The translations under genes were made by a program, and so were the position numbers. From an uncultured Fibrobacterota bacterium (GTDB lineage: Bacteria; Fibrobacterota; Chitinivibrionia; Chitinivibrionales; FEN-1185), in assembly GCA_963729895.1 (NCBI GenBank), contig CAVSQB010000001.1, positions 1-64,000 of the forward strand: 64,000 nt of DNA, given 5' to 3'. Positions 18,662-29,300 of this stretch are shown here, piece after piece. The notes below the pieces were generated by a model, which had not been told where the DNA came from, searched no databases, and was given only the letters and a program-made list of their open reading frames with translations. Position 1 is the stretch's first letter, and each line of letters starts with the position of its first letter.

Positions 18662-18850
18662 AGAGCTTATCCGTGAATAAGGTTTGACGGCGAAACCGAG
18701 CGAAAAAGCCGCAAGTATGGAAGGCGACCGCGACTACGACGGCATATGCCCTCCGGGAGCAAAGGCCGGAGGCCAACCAGGCATATTACATAGCGATACG
18801 CCGATGCAGCCTGACAATGCAGCCCAAATGATTATTTACGGATAAGCTCT
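18662..18850. mobile_element. Putative MITE (~190 bp, non-coding)
   Basis: Terminal inverted repeats AGAGCTTATCCGTGAATAA (18662-18680) and TTATTTACGGATAAGCTCT (18832-18850), 18/19 match; internal hairpin CCTCCGG/CCGGAGG. Confidence 0.75.
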
Positions 18851-18926
18851 ACGGCGGGTTACTCACGCCCGTACTCACCACACACCCAGGAACATCCGTC
18901 CGCACCGAACCGCCTTCTTGTCAAAT

Positions 18927-18955
18927 TTGACATCGCCCCATTGAAAACCTATATT
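18927..18955 (+). promoter_or_regulatory. Sigma70-type promoter
   Basis: TTGACA-N17-TATATT upstream of the lipoprotein gene at 19080. Confidence 0.7.
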
Positions 18956-19079
18956 GTAGTGTACGTTTATGCGCAGCAGTGGAACCAAACACGCGAGGGT
19001 TGTGTTATTCCAACTTCAGCAGCCTGCAGGAACGCGCGGATCACTCTCGAAACCATCACTTCAACAAGGAGCCGGTTTT

Positions 19080-19721
19080 ATGAAACGTCTACGTCTTATC
19101 ACCGCCATTGTGGTCGCGAGCTTTTCCCTGGTGATGATCGGCTGTGCCAAGGAGCCGGTGAGGGAAATAAGCGCCGCAAAGGCCGCGGTTGATTCCGCCA
19201 AGGCCGCGCAGGCGGACCTGTACCTGGCCGACCAGTTCACCGCGGTAGACGAGTCGCTCAAGTCGGCGCTCGCAGATGTCGAGAAGCAGAAAACGGGACC
19301 CGCATTGAAAAGGAATTACGACAAGGCCAAAGCCGGTCTTGTTTCCGTTGCTGCTCAGGCCGCAGATCTCAAGGCAAAAGCGGCCGAAGAAAAGGCGCAC
19401 GTGCAGGCCGACGTCGAATCCGGTATCGCCAAAGCGGGATCGATGCTGGCAGAAGCCAAGAACGCACTCAAGAAGCCGGCCAAGGGCAAGAAAGCGAAAG
19501 CTGCGGCAGCGGCTGTAAAAAGCAAACTGGCCGGAATCGAAGCGCAAGTCAAGGAGGCCCAGGCGGCTCAGGGTAACGGAGATTTTCTCGGTGCGCGCGA
19601 CAAGGTCAATGCCGCAATTGCCGCTCTCGGATCGCTCAAGGCCGAGGCTCCCGCTCCTGTTGAAAAAACCGCCAAAGCCAAGACCAAGGCCAAGGCAAAG
19701 GCGAAGAAGCACAAGAAATAA
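19080..19721 (+). CDS. Ala/Lys-rich helical lipoprotein (DUF4398-like)
   Basis: Lipobox LVMIG-C, then AKEP..EISAAKAAVDSAKAAQADLY; AAGGAG RBS. Confidence 0.75.
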   Translation: MKRLRLITAIVVASFSLVMIGCAKEPVREISAAKAAVDSAKAAQADLYLADQFTAVDESLKSALADVEKQKTGPALKRNYDKAKAGLVSVAAQAADLKAKAAEEKAHVQADVESGIAKAGSMLAEAKNALKKPAKGKKAKAAAAAVKSKLAGIEAQVKEAQAAQGNGDFLGARDKVNAAIAALGSLKAEAPAPVEKTAKAKTKAKAKAKKHKK

Positions 19722-19740
19722 GATCCAACCGATATTTGGT

Positions 19741-19779
19741 GACAATGGCCTTCTTGAACCGAAGGCCATTGTCGTTTTT
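19741..19779 (+). terminator. Rho-independent terminator
   Basis: 13-bp stem GACAATGGCCTTC/GAAGGCCATTGTC followed by GTTTTT. Confidence 0.85.
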
Positions 19780-20125
19780 GGAAGAGGTTTTTCAAAATTC
19801 ATTGCACCCGAATCTGCCTAATCGCCCAATGTTTCGAGAATGTTCTCCCCTTTTTTGATCGATTTACAATTCCGCATTTCTTCGCACGATTTGCGGCAAC
19901 CTTTCTCATGGCGTTGCAGTCATATTTTGAGCATATCCTTTGCCGGCCTGTTTTCAAAATGGCCCCAGTTTTGCAGCTATGACTGAGGGCGAGGTTTGCG
20001 CTTTGCCACAATGTGGAATCCAATAATTTTTGCGACCGTAAGAAGAGATTGGGCGAATCACCTCGTGTAAATCACAACGCGGCGCCGTTGCGGCAGCCGG
20101 CATTTTAAACCAATTTCCAAGGAGG

Positions 20126-20917
20126 ATGTCGATGTTCCGAACAAAGCTACGTTTTGTAATGAGTCTCACGACCTCTGTCGTATGCCTGGCGATTGTCGCC
20201 GGGTGTAACCTGCAAGGACCAACTGGCCCCGCCGGCCCCGCGCTCAGCGGCACGCTGTCCGGGTTCGTTACATTGATTAATGAGAATGGCGACCAGCCGG
20301 CCGAGCGGAGCGGTGTTGCCGTGACCATCGACGGTTCGTCGAAAGCAGCCACGACCGACAGCATAGGAATGTGGTCGATACCTGGCCTGTCAACCGGGAT
20401 CTATACGCTTACGTACGCGAAAACGGGATACGGCACCACCAAATCGGTCCAGGTCCAATACGTCGGCGGCGGAGACCGCAATATCGGAAACGTCTCCATG
20501 TGCCAGCCGCCGGCCTTTTACGTAGACAGCCTCTGGGCGCGGATGCCCAAGGGCGGCGATTCCAATTCCGTCTACCTCGGGGTCCAGACGTCCACCGCCG
20601 TAAACGGTCCCTACAAAGTGATACTCTTCTTCGGCAATGGGCCCGGCGTGTCCTGGAAACCCGCAACATACCAGACATCCAGCTCGGAGAACATGCTGTT
20701 CAAGGATGGCGTCGACTCGGCCTCCATCCGTCTGCAACCCATCAATCTCGCCACCGACGGGTATTCGTTCAACAGCGGAGACACAGTGTACGCGGCAGCG
20801 TACGCGGCCACGGCGGGCACGACCAACAGCTCGTACACCGACGTAACAACAGGGAAGACTGTTTTTACGGATATCGACACCACGAGCGCGAAGGTCATTC
20901 AATTCATGGTGCCGTGA
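20126..20917 (+). CDS. Lipoprotein with carboxypeptidase-regulatory-like (prealbumin-fold) domain
   Basis: Lipobox IVAG-C, short GPTGPAGP, then GTLSGFV...GVAVTIDG...TTDSIG.W.I.GL.TG.YTLTY.K.GY. Confidence 0.7.
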   Translation: MSMFRTKLRFVMSLTTSVVCLAIVAGCNLQGPTGPAGPALSGTLSGFVTLINENGDQPAERSGVAVTIDGSSKAATTDSIGMWSIPGLSTGIYTLTYAKTGYGTTKSVQVQYVGGGDRNIGNVSMCQPPAFYVDSLWARMPKGGDSNSVYLGVQTSTAVNGPYKVILFFGNGPGVSWKPATYQTSSSENMLFKDGVDSASIRLQPINLATDGYSFNSGDTVYAAAYAATAGTTNSSYTDVTTGKTVFTDIDTTSAKVIQFMVP

Positions 20918-20940
20918 GGAATGCTTTGATGGATGCGGAA

Positions 20941-20976
20941 AAGAAACACCGGAAGCAAACGCTTCCGGTGTTTCTT
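20941..20976. terminator. Bidirectional terminator between convergent genes
   Basis: 16-bp perfect stem AAGAAACACCGGAAGC/GCTTCCGGTGTTTCTT. Confidence 0.8.
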
Positions 20977-21688
20977 ATGAGTCCATGAACTGCTCTGCAA
21001 CTTCCTTCTGCGCAGCTTCAAGGATTTTGCCTGCCACAAAATCCGCGTTGTCGATTACCGGCACTCCCTCGCCTTGGCGCTGGCGCAGAGGCTGGCCGCC
21101 CAGCGTGTTCTTGCCGAAATCCGTTGCCGTAAGCCGGGGATACACCGTGATCACGCGGATATTGTCCGATGCGAGTTCGAGTCGCGCGGTTTCGGACAGC
21201 ATGTTGAGCGCGCTTTTCGTGGCCGCGTAGCCGCCAAGACCCGGAATATGCATTTTACTTACCATGGAACTGATGTTGATGATCAGGCCGCCGCCCTTCA
21301 TGCGCATCTTGTGAACAACGTCCTGTATCGCGTACAGCGGGCCGAACACGTTAAGCGTAAGAATCGCGTGCAGGTGGGCCGGATTCATTTCCGCGACCGT
21401 GCCGGACGCCGCCTGGCCGGCGTTGTTGATGAAGATGTCGATGCGGCCGAAGCGCGTGAACGCCTTTTGCACGAGGTTTGAGATTGCGGTCCTGTCCCGC
21501 ATGTCCGTGGGCACCGCGAGCGCGTCGCGCCCCTGCTGGTGCAGTTCCAATGCAATCGCCGTGAGTTTGTCAGCAGAACGCGCTGCGAGCACCACCTTGG
21601 CGCCTTCCGCCGCGAATCGCTTGGCAGTGGCAAGGCCTATGCCTGCGGACGCTCCTGTGATGACCGTGACCTTTCCCGGGATTTCCAT
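20975..21688 (-). CDS. Short-chain dehydrogenase/reductase
   Basis: TGASAGIG, NNAG, YAATK motifs. Confidence 0.92.
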   Translation of the reverse strand: MEIPGKVTVITGASAGIGLATAKRFAAEGAKVVLAARSADKLTAIALELHQQGRDALAVPTDMRDRTAISNLVQKAFTRFGRIDIFINNAGQAASGTVAEMNPAHLHAILTLNVFGPLYAIQDVVHKMRMKGGGLIINISSMVSKMHIPGLGGYAATKSALNMLSETARLELASDNIRVITVYPRLTATDFGKNTLGGQPLRQRQGEGVPVIDNADFVAGKILEAAQKEVAEQFMDS

Positions 21689-21994
21689 TGTCTGTTTACT
21701 CCTTGTCAACGATGTCTATTCTATGTCGTGCGTCGGGTCGAATCGCGGGGGCGCCTCTCTTGACAACAGACGTTTGCTTTTCGGCGACCGCCTGGCCGGA
21801 AGAAAGCGCGGGAGCGAGCATGACGATGGCCGCACGAAGGCAATTCTTTGGCCCTCCGGGCGCGATCATTAACGCTCCATGGCCTTCCAAAATAGTATTT
21901 CCACGGGTTTGGGTGGTATCAACGTGGCCACGGCACACGCTGACATTGTCGACGCAGGCGGTTCTTATCGGAACACCAGGCAGAAACAGTACGG

Positions 21995-22483
21995 TCAATA
22001 AATGAACGGAATGAGTTTTCGAACCCTCCTGCGAAAATCTGCATATCCGGAAAACCTGTCCAAGAGCCATCGCTCTTCGCGGCGGGACTTGATGTCCAGC
22101 AGGACAAAAAGCAGTGCAGCATAAAGGATGGTGAGCCAGCCGTGGACCAGCAGTCCCCAGCCACATGACGCAAAGACAAGGCCGCTGTAAATGGGGTGCC
22201 GCACTATCCGATAAGGACCGGATTCCACAAGCGTGCCGTGGTCTTTTGGAAACGGCAGGGGCGTCAGATTATCTCCTAATGCAATCATGCCCCACCCTGC
22301 CATGAATGCGCCGCATAAAAGGAGAAGTGCGCCACATGCAAACGCCGTGTGTGCAAATGCGGCGTTCCACGCCGGTAGGCCGGGAAACGTGCCGGGTCCC
22401 GCGCCGACGAGCAAAAGCAGGGCGAATTGACCGACGACATACCATTCACCGCGGCTGTTTTTCCAAAAGGGAGTTTGGCCCAT
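21995..22483 (-). CDS. Isoprenylcysteine carboxyl methyltransferase family membrane protein
   Basis: LVESGPYRIVRHPIYSG...REERWL...Y..FRRRV..LIP. Confidence 0.88.
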   Translation of the reverse strand: MGQTPFWKNSRGEWYVVGQFALLLLVGAGPGTFPGLPAWNAAFAHTAFACGALLLLCGAFMAGWGMIALGDNLTPLPFPKDHGTLVESGPYRIVRHPIYSGLVFASCGWGLLVHGWLTILYAALLFVLLDIKSRREERWLLDRFSGYADFRRRVRKLIPFIY

Positions 22484-22583
22484 GCAAAGACTGCACTTTC
22501 GGGATTGTGGTCAACACGAACAGAGAAAAGGGGCCCGATTTTTCGAACCCCTTTAAACAATCCGCTATTTCTCGAACAAATCG

Positions 22584-23621
22584 TTACTTTGCAAAGAGGA
22601 ATATCTTCCCCTGCGCGGTTCTGTTTACCTGGGTCATGCGGACAAAGACCATTCCCAAGGCCGTGATCCTGCTTTTGAGCTGAATATGATTGTACCCCAT
22701 GGCGACGTTGTTTATTGTTTCCGAACAGAGCAACGCGCCGCGGGCGTCAAAACACTGAACGGTTGCAGGCGCTGCGTCGGCAGCGGTGAAATTGAGCTGG
22801 AGTGTTCGGTTGGGCTGCGGCGTGATGCTGCGGAGAGAAAGCCCGCCATATATGGTGGAGAAGTAGGAGCGTTCCGAAACGCCGACGGCGCCGACATAGT
22901 TGAAATCAACGAAATCCACATTCATGGGGCCGTTTCCCTTCGGATTCGTGCAGACCTGGTATCTGAACAACTGCATTCCGGAATCGAGTGCCAGTTGGCG
23001 GTAATCTTTCATATACCACCAGGCATGAAAATCGTACGCACAGCCACTGGTAAGATGCAGGGTGTCTGTTCCGGTACTTATGGAATCGGTTCCGTTCAAC
23101 AGGGACATCTCAACGTATGGACCCCACGGGGTGTCAATGTCGGCTGCCGTCTGAAAAATGCTCAGACTGTAAATGCCGGGTTGCTTGACATAAACAGTAT
23201 ATTTTGTCCAGTCACCCATATTGGCGTCTGCCAGATAGCAATCGGTGCTGGCGGAATCGTGAACATAGTCCGGACCAACCCAGCCATTACTCATGCAATC
23301 GCCTCCCTCACCCATTACCTGCAGGCTGGGTCCGGTAATCGCGCGCAAGTAATGGCAAGCCCATTGACCAACGGGCATAAAATCGTGCCAGGTTACGCCA
23401 TTTGTGTTTGCATCAAGTGTCGCTTCGGGCTGTGTCTTGCCTGCCATTCCTTGATCGAAGCGGGAAAGCCTGACTCTTCCCGGGATCTGCTGGATAGTAT
23501 CGTGATAGGGAAAGCCCTTGTACCCAGCAGGGATTGCGGAATCCGCGGGAAAACTGATGAACAGGACGGCAAGGAACGATCCGGCAACAGCCAGGCGCTG
23601 CGCCGCAGAAAAGAAATTCAT
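22584..23621 (-). CDS. Secreted carbohydrate-binding (CBM6-like) protein with C-terminal sorting-like domain
   Basis: Signal peptide; QQIPGR...FDQG...GVTWHD...GDWTKYTVYV...G.Y...W...MNVDFVDF; tail CFDARGALL...GMVFVR. Confidence 0.65.
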   Translation of the reverse strand: MNFFSAAQRLAVAGSFLAVLFISFPADSAIPAGYKGFPYHDTIQQIPGRVRLSRFDQGMAGKTQPEATLDANTNGVTWHDFMPVGQWACHYLRAITGPSLQVMGEGGDCMSNGWVGPDYVHDSASTDCYLADANMGDWTKYTVYVKQPGIYSLSIFQTAADIDTPWGPYVEMSLLNGTDSISTGTDTLHLTSGCAYDFHAWWYMKDYRQLALDSGMQLFRYQVCTNPKGNGPMNVDFVDFNYVGAVGVSERSYFSTIYGGLSLRSITPQPNRTLQLNFTAADAAPATVQCFDARGALLCSETINNVAMGYNHIQLKSRITALGMVFVRMTQVNRTAQGKIFLFAK

Positions 23622-23763
23622 ACATCCCCCTCTACTTTAACATGCGGTCTCTTCCCGGAGTGTAATATAAACAAAAAAAGGCTAGGTATCAAAACAGAAT
23701 AGATTCCCAATAAAAAGAAATTGTTAAACGAAATATGTTCCATTCTTTAAATGCTATGGTTTT

Positions 23764-26016
23764 TTACTTTTCGGTATAACCTACCCGGAAACCACATGCA
23801 CCATAGTCCCATGGGTATTCGATTGGTGAAGACCTTCGAGTTGCACAAGCGGCAAGACCCATTTGAACATTGGCTCCTCTACAAACTATTGAAACATTTG
23901 AATTATGTGGTGGCGGGCCCAATGGATCCACAGGTTGATAATAATCGTACGTCGAATCATAATAATCATTCACAAATTCCATTGCATTGCCAAGCATGTC
24001 GTACAATCCGAATCCGTTCGGTTTCTTGAGGGCGACACAGGTATCTGTTGAGTGTGTGCTGGGAAAATACCATTCATATTGACGCGCAAGAGATGTGTCA
24101 TCGCCCCAATAATATTTGGTCGTTGTTCCGGCTCTGCAGGCGAATTCCCATTGGGCCTCGGTAGGAAGATGATATCCGTTTGCTTTTAAGGAATCATACA
24201 TTATGGTTCCTAACGCGCATCCGTTGCCGGGTATTCCTGTAATTGAGGAATAACGGTAGATAGTATCAAGTCCGTCTCTTTTACTTCTTGCATTGCAATA
24301 CAAGGCCGCATCACACCAGGTAATGACAAACTCAGGATAATTATCACCGTCCGTCGGCAACAGATTTGGCGCTGTTGCAGAAAAATTCGGATATGTCGCC
24401 GTCATAAGAGAAACATAATCTTTCTGCGTTACTTCCGTCGAATCCATCCAGAAATTATGGGAAAACGCAACAGAGTGAACAGGCTCTGCTATGCCGGTCT
24501 GACCCATGCTAAAAGACTTTGCCTGCGCTAATATTTTCTTCATTCCCATCGGCGAAGCCGTTGTTTTTCTCACGACAGGGCTAAAATCCGACACCGCCCC
24601 CTTGTTTGTCGTTGAGGTCACGGCAATCGAGTACTCCTGCCCAACCTTGAGATTTTTTATCAGACACGGAGAGCCTGCATTAGCAATCTTTGTCGCGCCG
24701 GCCTCGGTCACGGTATCTCCCTCCGCAAAATAAACCGTATCCGAAACCGACTCACTCCCTTTTGTCCACGTTACCTTTATCCACGTCACTCCGGAATCCG
24801 CAGCTACGTTTGTCGGCGCAGCCGGCCTTGTCGCCACAATCGTCTTCTTCAGCGAATCAACCGTAACGCCGGTTGCCAGCAGCCTCACCGTGTAAGCTCC
24901 GGGCGCCGAAAACGTGTGTATGGGGTTCTTGTCCGTCGAGGTATTCCCATCCCCGAAATCCCAGAAAAAACTCGTGGCGTTAACCGAGTTGTTGGTGAAC
25001 GTCACCGTGAGCGGGTATTCTCCGGTGAGCGCGCTTGGGGTGAAATCAGCCTTTGTAGGGCTGGAAGATACGGTTATGATTATTGTAGCTGAATCCGACA
25101 TCGGCGGCGTGCCGTTGTCGGTCACGGAGAAAACCACTGTATCTAAACCGACGAATCCGGTTGGCGGAGTCCACTGGTATGTCGTGTCGGCCAGGGATCC
25201 GCCTGCCGGGCCGCTTACAATTTTGTAAGTGAAAATCTGGCCAGCGTCCGAATCTGTAGCCGAAAGGGTGAGCTGGCACGTTTGGCCGGCTGTGATGGTC
25301 ATGGTTCCTTTAACCACAAGTGAGGGTTTGTGGTTAACGGCGGAGCTCTGTATTACGGTGAGAAGGGCGGGCGCGCTTGTGACGGAATCACCCCACTGGT
25401 CTTTTATTCGGCAGGTGTAGCGCCCTGCGCTTGAAATTAAAACCGGGTTGATGATCAGCGTATCATGGGTGGCGTTAGGAACAGCAGTACCATCCTTGTA
25501 CCATTGGTAGAAAAACGATTGCCCGGCGCCCGAGGCTTTTACGAATAAGAGGGCGGAGGAATCCTCATCGGCCGATGTGCTGACAGGGTCAACGATCTGT
25601 ATAGGCTTTCCGGCAATAATAATATTTGCGTTATAGGATTTGTCCTTTTGGTCTTCCACCGAGACGATTACGGTAACGGTTCTTGTGCCGATTGAATGGA
25701 ACGCGATCCTTATCCATTGGGTGTCAGTCCATGAAATGGGGCCCAGAAAGGTGAGCGACGTGTCTGTGTCCGAAGCGCCTTTGGCGATAGCGACTGAAAT
25801 TTTGGTGATGTAGGAGGGAAGATAGGCCGCAATGCCCACGCGCACTATTTTCTCAACAGTATCAGTGACCGAAGCAGTGTCTTGCACGCCGCTTGAGTTC
25901 TGGACAAAGAGGCTGATTCTTGCGTCCTTCGGCTTGAACGGGCTTTCACTGCCGCCACAAGAAAGAAGAAGCGGGAGTGAAACGGCAATAATGAAGTAGT
26001 AAAGTCTTGAATGCAT
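23764..26016 (-). CDS. Modular surface lipoprotein: Ig, cadherin-like, PKD, FN3 and C-terminal FGE-sulfatase (SUMF1) domains
   Basis: Lipobox LLLS-C; YQWYKDG...GRYTC (Ig); ATDSD...VTDNGTP (cadherin-like); FWDFGDG...HTF (PKD); MDSTEVT, LPTEAQWEFACRAG, PNGFGLYDMLGN, GFR (FGE). Confidence 0.85.
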   Translation of the reverse strand: MHSRLYYFIIAVSLPLLLSCGGSESPFKPKDARISLFVQNSSGVQDTASVTDTVEKIVRVGIAAYLPSYITKISVAIAKGASDTDTSLTFLGPISWTDTQWIRIAFHSIGTRTVTVIVSVEDQKDKSYNANIIIAGKPIQIVDPVSTSADEDSSALLFVKASGAGQSFFYQWYKDGTAVPNATHDTLIINPVLISSAGRYTCRIKDQWGDSVTSAPALLTVIQSSAVNHKPSLVVKGTMTITAGQTCQLTLSATDSDAGQIFTYKIVSGPAGGSLADTTYQWTPPTGFVGLDTVVFSVTDNGTPPMSDSATIIITVSSSPTKADFTPSALTGEYPLTVTFTNNSVNATSFFWDFGDGNTSTDKNPIHTFSAPGAYTVRLLATGVTVDSLKKTIVATRPAAPTNVAADSGVTWIKVTWTKGSESVSDTVYFAEGDTVTEAGATKIANAGSPCLIKNLKVGQEYSIAVTSTTNKGAVSDFSPVVRKTTASPMGMKKILAQAKSFSMGQTGIAEPVHSVAFSHNFWMDSTEVTQKDYVSLMTATYPNFSATAPNLLPTDGDNYPEFVITWCDAALYCNARSKRDGLDTIYRYSSITGIPGNGCALGTIMYDSLKANGYHLPTEAQWEFACRAGTTTKYYWGDDTSLARQYEWYFPSTHSTDTCVALKKPNGFGLYDMLGNAMEFVNDYYDSTYDYYQPVDPLGPPPHNSNVSIVCRGANVQMGLAACATRRSSPIEYPWDYGACGFRVGYTEK

Positions 26017-26348
26017 GGGATATCTTCTCCGATCCGGGTTGGGCCGGCTGGGACTCAATGGGGAAAATAATAAAAGGGAACAAGAGAACGCGTTTTGAAC
26101 TTAACATAAGATACGGAAGAGGGAAACTGTCCGCCCGCTATTCAACTCAGCCGCCTTGTTTGACAAAATGAGTTCTTTCGCTTTCATGCTGATTGGAAAA
26201 CATCTGAAAGACGGGCCATTTTGTTTCTTGACAAAGACATTCAAAACCTATGTGTCTTTAGCGTTTCGAGTAACTATTTTATCTGTAGTTTCCGTTGCAA
26301 GGCGTGATCCCGTTTTCCCGTCGTTACCAGCCTTCCAAAAGGTGGCGC

Positions 26349-29300
26349 ATGGACAAGAAGACCGCTGCGAAACAGGCGCTTTCCAGCCTCATTAACGAAT
26401 TCTCAAAACTCGACAGGAAAGGCATTCTCAAGGGTCAATCGGAAGCGACCGCCCGATCCTGGGTGGAAAAGTTTTTGATGATCTTTGATTGGGACTGCTC
26501 CAACCCTCATCAGGTGCGGCAGGAATACCGGATCCAGGGCCGGGCCGCCAGAAGGCTCAAGTCGGAGGGCACGTCCCACCGCCGCCCCGATTATTGCCTC
26601 ATTTCAAACAACCAACGACTTTTGTATATCGACGCAAAAAAATTTGACGCCGATATAAAGAACGACTCCGGCATTTCTTACCAGGTGCGATGCTACGGCT
26701 GGTCTGAAGGGTTCAAGGTAAGCTATGCTTTCGATTTTGAAGAACTTGCCGTGTACGATTGCCGCATCCGTCCGAAAGATTCAGACGAAGCGGACATGGC
26801 CCGCGTGCTTTACTTGCACCAATCTGAATATCTTGATAATTTCGACGCGGTGTGGGAGTATTTCTCAAGAAAAGCCATCGATACGGGTTCGCTGTCGCGT
26901 TTGCTCCCCGATGATGAGAAGCCCCAAGGCGGCAAGACCCTTGATCAGGATTTTGAAGAGAACCTTTCGGCATGGAGAAAGGAACTCGCTAAATCCATTC
27001 TTCGCTACGGAAAAATCCGCGAGGCCGATATTATTTCCGCGGCCAGCCAGAGGATTCTGGACAGGATCGTTTTCCTGCGCATTTGCGAGGAATTCGGTTT
27101 CGAAGAACTCGGCACGTTGCTGGAGATGGGCCAAAATGAAGACGGCTTCTGGCCCCTTTTCATGGAAGAACACGACAAACGCTATTGTAAAGTGTACGAC
27201 GGCATTCTTTTTCCGGCCTCGGGCGAGGACGACCCGACCGGCGTGGATACGCATCTGCGGTCATGGTGGCTTAGGGGCCGTATTTTCCGGGACATTGTCG
27301 AGACGCTCTATTTTCCACATCCTTACCGGTTTGACGTCGTGCCCATCGAGTTGCTGGGCGGCGTGTACGAACGATACCTGGGAAAAAGATTGCGGGTCAT
27401 CGGCAACGATGTCCAGGACGAGTACAAACTTGAGTATCAACGGACCAAGGGGGCGGTTTACACACCGCCCTGGATCGTAAAACGCATTGTTGAAAAGACA
27501 CTTAGCCCGCTTGTAAAGGACAAAGATCCCGATGAACTTTTGAAGCTTCGCGTTCTTGACCCCGCGTGCGGCAGCGCCGGCTTCCTGCTCGGGGTCTACG
27601 ATTTTCTCGCCGACCATATCGTGACCTGGTTCGGCCATCACCTTTCGGACAGGCGGCGAACGGCGTATGTCGCGGAAACGGAGGACGGACCGCGCGTCGC
27701 GCCCCGCATCGCGCACGATATCATCAATAATTGTATTTGCGGCGTGGACATTGACCCCGAAGCCGTGGAAGTGGCCCGGATGTCCCTTGCTTTGCGGTAT
27801 CTGGAACAAACATCTTCGATGAGCGGCGAACCGCACCTTCTTCTCAAGGGGATCGGGCTTAATATCCGCCAGGGAAATTCGCTGGTAGGCCCTGATATTG
27901 TCGGGCTGGGCATCGACTCCGAAAAGGTCATATCGGAGACCATGCCGTTCGACTGGCACAGCACCACCACTGGTTTCGGCGCCGTCATGGAAAAGGGCGG
28001 GTTCGACGCGGTGGTGGGAAATCCGCCGTACATAGAGGTAAAACGGTATAAAGAATGGATGCCCTCGCAATACAGGTACTTCAAGGAAAGCGGTGTGTTC
28101 GAAACCACGGCGGAAGGCAAAACCGACATCGCGATGCCGTTCATGGAACAGGGCCTTAAATTGCTCAATAAGAATGGCAGGCTGGGATTCATCATCCAGA
28201 ACAGGTTTTTCAAGACGGATTACGGCGAAATCGTGCGCTCGTGGCTCAAGCGCAACAAGGCCATCGCCGAAATCGAGGACTTCCGCGACTTGCAGATTTT
28301 TGAAGGCCGCACCACCTACACTACGGTCCTGATTCTGCAAAAGAACAGCCCGTCGGTCAATTACCGCACCTACGACACGGTAACGGATGCGGCTGCCGAT
28401 AATCCCAGCGTACAGTGCACCCTCAAATGGGACGCGATAGACGGCAACGTCTGGTCTTTCGACCAGCCCGACCTTCTCGAAGTCCATCACGACCTGGCGC
28501 AGAAACACGGGACAATCGGGCGGCACACCCAACTGCAGATTTCCGTGGGGCTGCAAACGCTCTATGGAAAGTTGTATCAGTTCGAGCCCGTGGAAGTCAA
28601 GCCGCGGACCGTTATCGGCAAAAACGGCGAAGGCGAAATAATCACGCTTGAAAAAGCAGCGCTACGGCCGCTGTGCCGCAACCGCGGGTTCTATCCGTTT
28701 CGTCAAGACAATGCCGATGCCTGGGTGATTTTTCCCTATGACGTCGCCGAAGGCGAGGCGAGCGAAATCGGGTGGAAGGAGTTCAAGGAAAGGTTCCCCA
28801 AGGCAGCTTCGTACCTGGAGGAGAGAAAAAGAAAGTTGCTCAAGGCGGTGGAAGTGGAGGATGGGTCAAGTCGGTGGCATTTGTACACACGTCCACAGAA
28901 CCTTGTTGTTCAGGCAAGCGCGAAGGTGTTGTTCCCTTCCACCATCGAAGATACCATTGCGGCAGTTGACGAAAAGGGTGACATCTATCAAGATAATGTT
29001 CGGATGAACTCGATTTCTTTCCGCAACGCGACAATAACTCAATTGAAATCCCTGGCGTGCCTTTTCAATTCAACCACCTTTAGCGCGCTTGCACGGCTCA
29101 AGGCAGGACTCAGCGATTCCGGCTGGCGACAGTTCAACCGCCAATATGCAGAGCTTGTCCCTTTCCCTATCGCGATCATCAACGACCCGGACACGGTCAC
29201 AACGCTTTCCGGTATTGCGAACAAGATCGGCGACCTGCAAGTCAAATCGATTTCCGCCTCAACCGAAGGCGCAAAAACCGGGTTTCGCGCTACAATCGAG

